Part shown: positions 25,681 through 35,227 of the stretch, in pieces
Layout of the letters: every line of letters begins with the position of its first letter
Position numbering within the stretch: position 1 is the first letter of the stretch
Virus record (IMG/VR): IMGVR_UViG_3300011923_000001
DNA from: a virus
Strand: one strand, 5' to 3'
DNA length: 54,645 nt
Made by a program: the position numbers and the translations under genes
The notes under the pieces: generated by a model
What the model was told of the DNA's origin: nothing
The model's database searches: none
The model's input: only the letters and a program-made list of their open reading frames with translations

Positions 25681-28600
25681 GCAGTAATAATATTGTTAAA
25701 CGGATTCGTAGCTCAAAAGCTTCAGGTAAATCAATAGCGGGCAGTTTAAGCGCATTACCGCAAGTTGATGATCCAACATTACAGCGATGGATTAAAAGCA
25801 TTTCTGGAATTGTTGACGAAGGTTCTAAAAGCTATGTCAGAACGAAAGATTTAGCAAAAGCTGGATTTATTGATAAAGATGGAAATATCAAGATTCCTGA
25901 TGGTTCTGATAGTGATAATCCAGAAGGGTCTACTATTGTTCCAAAAGCTGTTGCTAATTTTATGGCCAAAGGTGGTTATTCAACAATAACGCTTACGTGG
26001 GAAACGCCACAAAATAAATATTTTGGTTCAAACGAGGTTTATCGTTCTGAAGTCAATGACTTTGGCCAAGCAATCAATATCGGCTCAAGTATGGGCGATG
26101 TTTATACAGATTATATTGGCAATGCGGCAAAAGCTTATTATTGGGTTCGTACTGTTTCAAAATTTGGTATTGCGGGTGATATATCTGCTTCAGCTAGTGC
26201 TGAAACCAGTATTAACGTGGATTATCTGATTGATCAACTTACTGGCCAGATCAGCGAAAGTACATTAAGCCAAGCACTGAAGGGCAAAGTTGATTTAATT
26301 GCAGTCAACCAAGAAAACATTCTTAAAGTTAAACAAGATGCTGATAAAACAAAAGCAGAAACTTCTCAAGCAATCAATGAATTAATTACAGATATTAATA
26401 CTGAACAGAAAGATCGCATTGCTGAAGCTATACAACTTCAGAATGGAATTACGGCAGCACAAAAAACGGCTGATAATGCTACTGAATCAATAACAACATA
26501 TAAGCAATCTAATGACCAAGCTTTAGCGACAGTACGGCAACGTGTAAATGTTGCTGTTACTGACGCGACCACCGCCATAAATAAAACAGATGTATTAGAT
26601 GGCCGCGTGTCTACAGCGGAACAAAATACAGCTTTGGCATTAAATAAAGCAGAAATTGCAATTGGCACGTCAAATACAAATGCCACTAATTTAACCGCAT
26701 TAAATGCGGCAATCGGCACTAGCGTTCTTTCAACTAATGCCGACATAAACAAGCAAAACTTATTTGCAGCATATATTGTTAAGAAAAGCTCTGATTTGGC
26801 AGCAAATGTTATCCCTAACTACGCGCATCTTTCAACTTATTCGATGCTAAGTAGAGGATACGTTGAAAAATATCAATTAAATGGATCAAGCGGGAATGAA
26901 AATACCATTGGCTTTTATCGCTTCATTGTAATTGTAGCCAATGCGACAAATCTATTAATACAAAAGTACAGGGGTGATGATGCACATGCGATTTATGTTG
27001 ATCAAAAACTGTTTTATTCAAAAAGTGAATATTCTGGTACGGGTACTGACGTAACAATTCCGCTCTCAATCGGCACTCATATTATTGATTTCGCGTTTAA
27101 CAACGGGTCGAGTGCTTGGGGTATTAATTACGACAATATTATCTCTACACAAGTATCGGCTATGTATGCCGCTGAGATCATTGAAATCAAAAAGGCTGAT
27201 TCAAGCTATGTTGATCAAGTAAAAGTTACAGCAGACAACGCAAATAACACAGCTAATGCAAACACAACGAAAATCGAAGGGCTAAACAGTAGAGTCGGCA
27301 ACAACGAAGCTTCAATTAATGACGTAAAACAAACCAAAGCTGGAAAAGATGAAGTTGTGTCTATTTCGCAGCAGGGTCTACAATCTTTATGGCAAGCTGA
27401 CGCACAAAACAAAGTTGACGCGATGCAGATCGGTGGCCGTAACTATTTCTTAGACAGTAAATCATCTGGAAATAAAGCTATATCGTCAACTTTCGACTTT
27501 CGTCAGTTAGCAGGCAAGCGGATAACTTTATCGTTTGTTCTACAAATAAAAAATCAAATAAGCACAATTGCTTCGCGGAATCGCATCGGATTTGAATTGT
27601 CTTTTGCTATACAAGGGGGTACGCAATATGTGGGAGTTTGGGCTAGTACGGTTACAGCGTATCCTGTTGGAACGCATGTCGTTACAGCACGTATGTCAAT
27701 CGGTAACACCACACAGAATCCGAAAGATATATGGTACTACAACCAATCTGGTGGAGTCGACGGAACAGATTTCGTAGTAAGCAACATAAAATTAGAGATT
27801 GGAGATAAAAACACTGACTGGACTCCCGCGCCAGAAGACGGAGAGAAAGCACTCACTAGCTTCCAAGCTTTAGTAACAAATACCTATTCTACAAAAACCG
27901 AAACGAATACAGCAATTGCTTCGGGCATTCAGCAGTACGACGCAAGTGTGAGTACGTCACTACCGACAGAGCCAGACGCGACAAAATCCAATCAATGGTT
28001 ATGGACTGAGTTAACAACAGCAAACAGATCAGATTGGTCGCAGTTTACTGTTCCAGACTATTCTTGGCTGAGAAAAGCTGCCACTGTCTCCAGAAACTAC
28101 CTAGCTGATGGCGATACATTAAAAAGTTATTGGTGGGTTAACACTATTATTTTCTTTCGGACAATAGTCAGCGTGTCAGCAGCGAAAACAATCAATCTAG
28201 GCAATTTTACTGGTGATGATGCGCATGCAATTTACGTTAATCAGAAAAAAGTCTTTGAGTGGAATAGCTATGCGACTAATCAAGTATCATTTTCGCTTGC
28301 TGGAGGCGTATCAGTTATTGATGTGGTTGTAAGTAATGGAACAGGTGGTGCAGGTTTTACCGCGCAAAATCTGCTGTCAGGGCAAGTAGATTGGATGCGA
28401 GCGCCAAAATCAATAGAGGTTCAGTCTAATGCAAACGCATCGGCAATTACACAAACACAGGCTGAGGTATCTAATCTAAACGGACAGGTATCGAGCTTAG
28501 TTAGTCAAACAACAACGCTTACGTCAACAGTCAATAATATTAAGGATACAGGGCAGGCTAATGCAGTTGCGATTACCATTGACCTGTCTTCTCGTGAAGT

Positions 28601-29543
28601 AGGAAAGGCTTATCCCGTTGGATTTATTCTATGGAATCCGCGTCAAAGGCTGCGTGTGTGGTCAGCCTTAGACGCTCTATCAGTTCCTAGTTGGGCGACT
28701 CACCGCTACGGATTTATGCTCGACTATAGTTGGAGTGTGGGCGCAATTGGATGGGGGGTACGAGGAGCTAACCGTGAGATTGAGCAATCAGATTGGGGAT
28801 GGACGACAGGCAACGCCCCACCTTTAATAAAATTTGACCAATCTGGTGAATCAAGCATTGAAATTGTTTGGTTGCGTGGAGGTGCGAAATATCATGCGTC
28901 TATACCAGACAACGCTACGGTAGTTATGCCTGACGGCGACGGTAAAATTACTGAGCCTCAAGGAAGCAAGACGCAGTATTGGTGGCATTATTACAATGAA
29001 TATACGCCTCCAACAGCAGTATATAAAGTTACAGCCAACAACACCGTAACCATCACCCAGCAAGCCCAAGTTATTGACGGCATCAAAGCTTTAGCCATGC
29101 TTCAAATTAATAACAATGGCGTGGTATCTGGTGTGGGTGTTGCTTCAGAAATGATTAACGGCCAAGTAAAGTCGGAAATTGGTTTTATGGCCAATCGTTT
29201 TTTCTTTGAATCGCCACAGGGCAACGTGTATCCGATGGTGATCGATGGCAATCAGACGGTCATTAACAAAGCCGTAATTAAAGATGGTTCAATTGATAAT
29301 GCAAAAATCGGCTGGTTGGGTGCTGATAAAATCACAACTGGCGACATTTCAGCGGATCGGATGAGAGCAAACATTGTTCAAGCGGCTCAAGGACGTTTTG
29401 ATAGTTTAAGTGTTCTATCTGCAAATATGGGGCGGTTTGAATCTTACAAAGCGGGTGTTGGGCGTGGAGTCATCGAAGGGCCGAATATCTGGCTCTATGA
29501 TACGGCTGGTGTAAATCGTATTTTCATCGGGCTAGGTGACTGA
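25677..29543 (+). CDS. Tail fibre / host-specificity protein (1288 aa)
   Basis: FN3-like YYWVRTVSKFGIAGD segment, long coiled-coil regions, two PA14-like repeats, and a C-terminal DGSIDNAKIGWLGADKITTGDISADRM fibre motif. Confidence 0.7.
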   Translation: MSSNNIVKRIRSSKASGKSIAGSLSALPQVDDPTLQRWIKSISGIVDEGSKSYVRTKDLAKAGFIDKDGNIKIPDGSDSDNPEGSTIVPKAVANFMAKGGYSTITLTWETPQNKYFGSNEVYRSEVNDFGQAINIGSSMGDVYTDYIGNAAKAYYWVRTVSKFGIAGDISASASAETSINVDYLIDQLTGQISESTLSQALKGKVDLIAVNQENILKVKQDADKTKAETSQAINELITDINTEQKDRIAEAIQLQNGITAAQKTADNATESITTYKQSNDQALATVRQRVNVAVTDATTAINKTDVLDGRVSTAEQNTALALNKAEIAIGTSNTNATNLTALNAAIGTSVLSTNADINKQNLFAAYIVKKSSDLAANVIPNYAHLSTYSMLSRGYVEKYQLNGSSGNENTIGFYRFIVIVANATNLLIQKYRGDDAHAIYVDQKLFYSKSEYSGTGTDVTIPLSIGTHIIDFAFNNGSSAWGINYDNIISTQVSAMYAAEIIEIKKADSSYVDQVKVTADNANNTANANTTKIEGLNSRVGNNEASINDVKQTKAGKDEVVSISQQGLQSLWQADAQNKVDAMQIGGRNYFLDSKSSGNKAISSTFDFRQLAGKRITLSFVLQIKNQISTIASRNRIGFELSFAIQGGTQYVGVWASTVTAYPVGTHVVTARMSIGNTTQNPKDIWYYNQSGGVDGTDFVVSNIKLEIGDKNTDWTPAPEDGEKALTSFQALVTNTYSTKTETNTAIASGIQQYDASVSTSLPTEPDATKSNQWLWTELTTANRSDWSQFTVPDYSWLRKAATVSRNYLADGDTLKSYWWVNTIIFFRTIVSVSAAKTINLGNFTGDDAHAIYVNQKKVFEWNSYATNQVSFSLAGGVSVIDVVVSNGTGGAGFTAQNLLSGQVDWMRAPKSIEVQSNANASAITQTQAEVSNLNGQVSSLVSQTTTLTSTVNNIKDTGQANAVAITIDLSSREVGKAYPVGFILWNPRQRLRVWSALDALSVPSWATHRYGFMLDYSWSVGAIGWGVRGANREIEQSDWGWTTGNAPPLIKFDQSGESSIEIVWLRGGAKYHASIPDNATVVMPDGDGKITEPQGSKTQYWWHYYNEYTPPTAVYKVTANNTVTITQQAQVIDGIKALAMLQINNNGVVSGVGVASEMINGQVKSEIGFMANRFFFESPQGNVYPMVIDGNQTVINKAVIKDGSIDNAKIGWLGADKITTGDISADRMRANIVQAAQGRFDSLSVLSANMGRFESYKAGVGRGVIEGPNIWLYDTAGVNRIFIGLGD
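26805..27176 (+). repeat. PA14-like domain copy 1 inside the fibre gene
   Basis: YRGDDAHAIYVDQKLF...IGTHIIDFAFNNGSSAWG, paralogous to 28029-28409. Confidence 0.45.
28029..28409 (+). repeat. PA14-like domain copy 2 inside the fibre gene
   Basis: FTGDDAHAIYVNQKKVF...GVSVIDVVVSNGTGGAGF. The nucleotide strings ggtgatgatgc(a/g)catgc(g/a)atttа-type core at 26974 and 28212 are near-identical. Confidence 0.45.
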
Positions 29544-29905
29544 TGCCAGCAAATATATATGTGGATTACAACGGTAGTGGTCGCTTAATTCCAGCTTTTC
29601 ATCCAACATTACAATTGTGTTATATGCAGGGAAAAATCCTACTCCCTGAAATTACAGCTAATTCGGATGGGGTTGCTGAATATTCATTTTATCTACCTTC
29701 TGAAATAAGCAACCCATTTTTGACAGTCGATAAGGTTACATCTACTGATTACTACTTTGAGCAAATATATAGCACAAATTGGAAAGTATATTTTAGAGGG
29801 AAAAAGGCTTATATCAAAGCTACTGGTCAAGAACAGAATTTGTATAGAACACCTATGATTGCAGCAAATACCACATATATTCGGTACGGTGGTTATCGTG
29901 GCTAA
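29543..29905 (+). CDS. Hypothetical tail-associated protein (120 aa)
   Basis: TGATG overlap with the fibre gene. RBS aggtga. Confidence 0.45.
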   Translation: MPANIYVDYNGSGRLIPAFHPTLQLCYMQGKILLPEITANSDGVAEYSFYLPSEISNPFLTVDKVTSTDYYFEQIYSTNWKVYFRGKKAYIKATGQEQNLYRTPMIAANTTYIRYGGYRG

Positions 29906-30722
29906 ATATATACAGATTACCAATGACAACAACAAAGTCATTATCGATGACAACTACATCATACCCAAGCTCATACTTAGAACCACGATATCAACAAGCA
30001 CTCAGGTCACACAATCGACTACAGTAACAAGCCTATTCCCATCGTGGTCATGGCGCGGGAATATATCAATTGTTCAGGATTCAGCGCGTAAACTTGGCTT
30101 TGATATTGATTCAACGGTAGCCAATGGAGTTGAACTTGATAGCAGTTTAATTTTAGCTTGCAGGCCTGTTAATGCCAACATTGGGTTTAGTGGGGTGGTT
30201 AGTGCAACTATCAATGATGCTGGCCAAGCAACTCTAAGCTGTTCAGTATTCTCGAACACGCAGAACGCACAAATTGAAGTATGCATCTACACAACTCATC
30301 CACGACTTAAACGTGCGCAAATTACAGCAGCAGCAATGAATGGGAATGGTGATCTAATCTTTGATGCTAGACGTGGTTGTTTACAAAACATGGGGGTTTT
30401 GACTGGTGGTGTTAATGTAAACAATGATCCAGCCGTAACATATACCATTAATGTGCCAAGTGGATTACTACAAGAAAACGTATTCATCACTAGCCGATCA
30501 AGTCTGCCTTACTACTCAGCTTTAAAATATAGTGCAAGTGGTGTCAGTTATGCCGATACTTTTTTTGAACCTATATTTGATTTTAGTCAGGCCAACAAAG
30601 TCCTTGTAAGTTTAAGACGACAAAGATATGTTGCTGGAAACAATGTGGTAAGGGCTTTAGCTGGATATTTTGAAAACGTGATTTACTGCCACCAACCACC
30701 GGGTAATTATCTGAATATTTAA
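29898..30722 (+). CDS. Hypothetical tail-associated protein (about 274 aa; GTG 29898 overlaps the previous stop, and the ORF is open from 29859)
   Basis: Long ORF that ends the tail block. Confidence 0.45.
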   Translation: MAKYIQITNDNNKVIIDDNYIIPKLILRTTISTSTQVTQSTTVTSLFPSWSWRGNISIVQDSARKLGFDIDSTVANGVELDSSLILACRPVNANIGFSGVVSATINDAGQATLSCSVFSNTQNAQIEVCIYTTHPRLKRAQITAAAMNGNGDLIFDARRGCLQNMGVLTGGVNVNNDPAVTYTINVPSGLLQENVFITSRSSLPYYSALKYSASGVSYADTFFEPIFDFSQANKVLVSLRRQRYVAGNNVVRALAGYFENVIYCHQPPGNYLNI

Positions 30723-30817
30723 ATGTGTCTGCGAAAATCTTAATTTATGTGTAAAATACAGAACATAAAGATATTAATTATAAAACCTATTGTTGGATAT
30801 TTCTGCTTAATTTGGCA

Positions 30818-30830
30818 ACCGCAACGAACA
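30818..30830 (+). promoter_or_regulatory. 13-mer ACCGCAACGAACA copy 1, upstream of gene 30853
   Basis: Exact second copy at 35187-35199. Both lie 22-28 nt before a start codon after an AT-rich gap. Confidence 0.4.
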
Positions 30831-30852
30831 CCTAATTTCATATAGGTGTTTT

Positions 30853-31320
30853 ATGTACGACCTCATCACGCTACACAACGATCTTGCGCTAACTGGTGTA
30901 GCTTTTCTGGATCGGTTAAATCAACTCGAAGCCAAGCTTATTAGTTTGGTTCCTAATGATGCAAAACTAGATCCACCGCTTAAACATTATTTTGAGCCAA
31001 ACCGATACACACGTGAGATGTATCTTAATGCTGGTGACATGATCATCGGCAAAACACATCGTCATGCTCATTTATGCCGTGTCATATCAGGTAAAGCACT
31101 CGTATTTTCCGAGTATGGTTGGGCTGAAATCTCTGCACCATTTGAATTTGTCGCGCCTAAGGGCATTAAGCGACTCTTTGTTGCGCTTGAAGATTTTGTA
31201 TTTCAGACCGTGCATGAAACCCACCTAACAGACTTAGAACAAATAGAGCGTGAATTAATCGTCCAGCCAGACGATGTGCGCCAATACCGAATTGAAAATA
31301 AATTGGAGATTTCACTATGA
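30853..31320 (+). CDS. Hypothetical protein (155 aa), possibly cupin-like
   Basis: GDMIIGKTHRHAHLCRVISGKALV resembles a cupin metal motif. It is the first gene after an intergenic restart. Confidence 0.35.
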   Translation: MYDLITLHNDLALTGVAFLDRLNQLEAKLISLVPNDAKLDPPLKHYFEPNRYTREMYLNAGDMIIGKTHRHAHLCRVISGKALVFSEYGWAEISAPFEFVAPKGIKRLFVALEDFVFQTVHETHLTDLEQIERELIVQPDDVRQYRIENKLEISL

Positions 31321-32090
31321 CATGGGTAGCCGTAGGCATAGGTGCTGTCACTGCAATTGGCGGGATTATGGGCAGCAATAAAGCTGCAAAAACGCAAAAG
31401 CAAGCCATTGCTTTGCAACGTGATCAACTGAATTTTAATAAGCAACGCTATGAAGATTATCAAAATCAATATGGCGGCATCATTGATTTAGTTGTTAAAG
31501 GCGCTGAGGAGGGCGTAGACCCAAATCTAGGACAAGTCACGTCCGAAGCTTCAGCAGATACAGCAACAGCATTTAAGAACGCTCAGACTGCTTTAGACAA
31601 CCAAAATCAGCGACTTGGTATTAATCCGAACAGCGGCCGCGCAGATTCTTCTAATCGCCAGTTATCACTTAGTCAAGCCATTGCAACGGCTGGCAATGTG
31701 ACTAATGCGCGTAATACAGAGCGTAAAAGTGCCGCTGATCAGACTTGGAATCGTCGTTTTGGTGTGTATCAGCAGGGTAATAGCTTGATTAATGGGGCTG
31801 CTAATACAGTATCTAATTCAGCTTCAAGCTTGGCATCTACTACATCCAGTAATGCTAACTCGCAATCACAACTTGCTAATCAAGCTATTGCTGGTGGCTT
31901 ATCGTCAATTACACAGGGGCTTTTATCCAACATGAATACAAATAAAACCACCACTGTACCAATTGATAATATCGAAAGTTCCACAAAGGGCTTAAAAGTT
32001 AATGGAACCTCAGTTGGTAGTGGTGTGCTGTTTGACGAAACACGCGGCATTGCACCTTACGCCAATCAAAATTCATTCCTAACAACATAA
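31317..32090 (+). CDS. Internal virion/ejection protein with an N-terminal TM helix (257 aa)
   Basis: WVAVGIGAVTAIGGIMG followed by S/N/Q-rich low-complexity sequence. Adjacent to the SLT protein. Confidence 0.45.
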   Translation: MTWVAVGIGAVTAIGGIMGSNKAAKTQKQAIALQRDQLNFNKQRYEDYQNQYGGIIDLVVKGAEEGVDPNLGQVTSEASADTATAFKNAQTALDNQNQRLGINPNSGRADSSNRQLSLSQAIATAGNVTNARNTERKSAADQTWNRRFGVYQQGNSLINGAANTVSNSASSLASTTSSNANSQSQLANQAIAGGLSSITQGLLSNMNTNKTTTVPIDNIESSTKGLKVNGTSVGSGVLFDETRGIAPYANQNSFLTT

Positions 32091-32102
32091 GGGAGATTGA
32101 TT

Positions 32103-33965
32103 ATGTCTATTGACTGGGGACAAGTGGCCGCATCTGCGGGGCTAGGTGTACTGAATGGATTTCAGGTTAATAAGCAGGAACAAAAAGAAAATGAACAACG
32201 GCAATATGATCGCGCACGACAAGATGAAGCAGACAGACAAAAGCTTGAATTACACAATCAAGCCGTCAAGCAAAACGATCAAACTCTTGCGACGAATACT
32301 CGCGCTATGGCCGAGCAGCAGCGACGAGAAAGCTTAAACAAGAAAATTGGGTTATATCAGCAATATCAACAAAATGGTGATCTTGAATCAGCTGCAAAGC
32401 TTTATGTAGATAATGCTAATCAGGATAACGTAGGGAATCCGAATTTTAATCCTAACCATGCTTTGGCTTATTCAATTGATCCAGCAACCAATTCAGTGAC
32501 TATAAATCTGGTGGATAAAAACACTGGTGCAATCGTTAAAGAAGCCCGAAAGGGAGTAGGGTTTAATGATTTTATAGGTGCGACCTACCAACAAATTGAC
32601 CCTGTAGGGTCTTATGGTACACAAATTGCTTCAGCAGCAGAACAAGCCAAAGAGGATCGTAAGAACAAGTGGGAAGCTCAAAAAATGTCGCTTCAAGCTG
32701 CTTTCGACAATGATCGTGACAACAACAAGTTCAAGAATGAACTGGGTTTAGAGCAGTTTAAATTTGGCAATAATTTGTCACTTGAGCAATTGCGACAACA
32801 GGGTGCTACTGAGCGTACAGTGATCGGGCAAGAAGGACAGAATTACCGGGCAGAAAACACACCCAACGGTAAGACCAGTAAAGCGGTTCAAAGTGGTGTA
32901 CAGGGTGCAATTCAGTTTGCTAAATCTAATGCCCCGATGATGTCATTTCTTCAGAATGATCCGAATCTCTATATTAAAACTATGGGGATGATGGCGATTG
33001 AAAGCGCAGGCCAGAATGTTGATAGCTATAACGGCACAAGCACTGGCCACATGCAGCTTAATAAACGATACGCTCAAAGCTTTGCTAAACAGTATGGTAT
33101 CGATGGCAATCCTTTAACCGATCCACAAGCCAATATTATGACTGGTGCTGCTCATATCAAGGCTTTAGATAAAAAATACGGAGGTGACAGCAGTTTAATT
33201 GCAGCTTCATATAATCTTGGTGAGCCAGTTGTAGACGCGGCCTTAAAACAATGGAACAAGAATGGGCAAAAAGGCGGTTGGTTTGATTATGTTGCTTCAA
33301 ATCCAAATGTAAGCCAAGCCGCTAAAACAGAGGCTTATAATCACATTCTTAAATACAATGAAGCTTTAGGAATGCTTGGGAACAATCAGTTTTTGGACAG
33401 TACTAAAGCGGCAGCAACGACCCAATTTGGAAAAACGGTTAATTCAAGCGTAGATACTGTCGCTCAGACAGTTGCCAAAGAACTTGGTGAAAAATCCGTT
33501 GCCAAGATTAAAGGAGGGTTTTCAGGAACCCAACAGCTTGTAAGCCAGTTTACACGTGGTAAATCTACTCAAGATAGAGCCAATGCCTTCAATGCAATTA
33601 ACTCGGTCGTTTTAAACACCCTTAAAACAACTGAAAGCGGAATGACCATGACACCTCAACAGCTTAATAATTATGCCTACAACATATCGGCTCAATTAGT
33701 GGGGGCTTCTTCATTGGCTGAAGCAGGCCAGTGGATTAATGAACCCAAGCAAACGGCACAACGTCAGACTGAGGCCAATAAACCTAAAGCGACTATGTCA
33801 GGCGGGGATATTGATAAAATAATGTCTGATGTGGGGGATAGTGGGAATACACAGAGAGGTAAATCCAATAGTGTTGAAAATCCGTTCATGACTCAAGGCA
33901 TTAAGTCTGTTCTTCAGGATAAATCTGGTACGAACACACCAGATTATCTATTCAAAAAGTTGTAA
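32103..33965 (+). CDS. Internal virion protein with a lytic transglycosylase (SLT) domain
   Basis: MMAIESAGQ (catalytic Glu-Ser), GHMQLN and AASYNLGE motifs near 32990-33230. ATG 32103 is preceded by gggag. Confidence 0.7.
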   Translation: MSIDWGQVAASAGLGVLNGFQVNKQEQKENEQRQYDRARQDEADRQKLELHNQAVKQNDQTLATNTRAMAEQQRRESLNKKIGLYQQYQQNGDLESAAKLYVDNANQDNVGNPNFNPNHALAYSIDPATNSVTINLVDKNTGAIVKEARKGVGFNDFIGATYQQIDPVGSYGTQIASAAEQAKEDRKNKWEAQKMSLQAAFDNDRDNNKFKNELGLEQFKFGNNLSLEQLRQQGATERTVIGQEGQNYRAENTPNGKTSKAVQSGVQGAIQFAKSNAPMMSFLQNDPNLYIKTMGMMAIESAGQNVDSYNGTSTGHMQLNKRYAQSFAKQYGIDGNPLTDPQANIMTGAAHIKALDKKYGGDSSLIAASYNLGEPVVDAALKQWNKNGQKGGWFDYVASNPNVSQAAKTEAYNHILKYNEALGMLGNNQFLDSTKAAATTQFGKTVNSSVDTVAQTVAKELGEKSVAKIKGGFSGTQQLVSQFTRGKSTQDRANAFNAINSVVLNTLKTTESGMTMTPQQLNNYAYNISAQLVGASSLAEAGQWINEPKQTAQRQTEANKPKATMSGGDIDKIMSDVGDSGNTQRGKSNSVENPFMTQGIKSVLQDKSGTNTPDYLFKKL

Positions 33966-33990
33966 AAAAGGCGCTTTAAGCGCCTTTTTT
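33964..33990. terminator. Bidirectional terminator between convergent genes
   Basis: aaaaaaggcgc...gcgcctttttt. Confidence 0.75.
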
Positions 33991-34771
33991 ATTCGATATT
34001 TACATCTTTTTCAATCAAATTTCCATTTCGATCTATCTTAATATGCATCTTGTTGCCGTTGAAATCTTCAATATAATTTTTAAGTGATTGTGGCGTTCCA
34101 ACTTTAAAATCATTCACCTGATAAATAATATCATCCCTTAAAATATCACTATTAAAAGCAGGGGAATTGTCTACCACTCTTGCAACGTAAGCACCAGAAT
34201 TGCTTTGCCTTCTTTTTTTATCAGCTTCAGGCACATCACCAAAACTAATGCCCAATTTCACTTTTTCTTTTTTTAGAAATACTGCGGCATGATCACTGTA
34301 TTGGGTATTTACAGGAACATTTACGATACTAGAACCATAAGTGTTCACGGTTGCATTGGTATTGTAGTTTGCATAGGTGTTGTAATTGGTACGAACATTC
34401 GTATTAGCATTGATTTGACTTGAACTTATATTTGGCACAGATAAAGCATAAGAGCCTGTTTCAGTCCGTGAATATACAGATCGGACTAATACTAAGTCTG
34501 CACCAACAGCTTTAGCTTGGCTCATTATATCTTTTTGACTGGCTTTATCAGTACGGCCATTAAACTGAGATATGCCTAGAACAGAATAACCTTTGCGAAT
34601 CAAGCTGTCCGTGTCAACAGACAGATTAGCAGAGTTTTGAATCGCTACTTGATGGCCAGTTGTATGAGCATCACTATTTACCTTGCCGTTGTAGTAAGTG
34701 TTGTATGGGTTACTTGTACATCCAAACAGACCTGAAGCAATAACAATAAAAATAAAATAAGTCTTGTTCAT
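33989..34771 (-). CDS. Lipoprotein with a C-terminal PDZ-like domain (260 aa)
   Basis: Signal peptide with lipobox ASGLFGC. The C-terminus GAYVARVVDNSPAFNSDILRDDIIYQVNDFKV is PDZ-like. RBS aaagg. Confidence 0.6.
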   Translation of the reverse strand: MNKTYFIFIVIASGLFGCTSNPYNTYYNGKVNSDAHTTGHQVAIQNSANLSVDTDSLIRKGYSVLGISQFNGRTDKASQKDIMSQAKAVGADLVLVRSVYSRTETGSYALSVPNISSSQINANTNVRTNYNTYANYNTNATVNTYGSSIVNVPVNTQYSDHAAVFLKKEKVKLGISFGDVPEADKKRRQSNSGAYVARVVDNSPAFNSDILRDDIIYQVNDFKVGTPQSLKNYIEDFNGNKMHIKIDRNGNLIEKDVNIE

Positions 34772-34783
34772 ATAGCGCCTTTA

Positions 34784-35095
34784 TTATTGTGAAGAATTTA
34801 GTTTAAAAACCATACAAGTGTTGAAAATAAAGGCCATTAATAGCCCTGAACCAATGGATTTAAATAAGTAATTAACTAGAAAATTTTCGTAGGGGTTATT
34901 CAAGGTCACAAGATCGGACGACCGCATAGCAATAGCGAGCCAATTTAAACCCAATAATATAAGTACGCAGGCCAGAAACCAGACAACGCTTAGAGCTTGA
35001 CGTTGGTTTACTGACCAGTTCTGGACTGGAAAACTATTCTTTACATACCGTCCAGCAAATGCAGAAACCAAACCTAAAACCACCAAAACAAGCAT
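34784..35095 (-). CDS. Small multi-pass membrane protein (103 aa)
   Basis: Three hydrophobic helices and RBS aggaa. Co-oriented with the lipoprotein gene, 12 nt apart. Confidence 0.5.
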   Translation of the reverse strand: MLVLVVLGLVSAFAGRYVKNSFPVQNWSVNQRQALSVVWFLACVLILLGLNWLAIAMRSSDLVTLNNPYENFLVNYLFKSIGSGLLMAFIFNTCMVFKLNSSQ

Positions 35096-35186
35096 ATAAT
35101 TTCCTAAGTATGATTCAATCTTATAAAAGTTAAGTAAAATAATAGAAATAATATATAGATTTTATTTGATTTAGCTAGTTTTTAGC

Positions 35187-35199
35187 ACCGCAACGAACA
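35187..35199 (+). promoter_or_regulatory. 13-mer ACCGCAACGAACA copy 2, upstream of the giant gene
   Basis: Exact match to 30818-30830. The downstream tttca..tatag..gg context is also similar. Confidence 0.4.
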
Positions 35200-35227
35200 G
35201 CAACTTTCACCTATAGAGGAAATTGCT

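Noticed and set aside
26805-28409. Possibility that the two similar fibre segments are the template and variable repeats of a diversity-generating retroelement, as in BPP-1-like podoviruses.
   Set aside because: The element has no reverse transcriptase gene. The nucleotide differences between copies are not adenine-specific, and the two copies are diverged protein-domain paralogues.
35200-35227. Resemblance of tttcacctatagagga (and tttcatataggtg at 30836-30848) to T7/SP6-type single-subunit RNA polymerase promoters (cactataggg).
   Set aside because: No single-subunit RNA polymerase gene is recognisable anywhere in the replicon, and the tatag(a)gg part is adequately explained as the ribosome-binding site.
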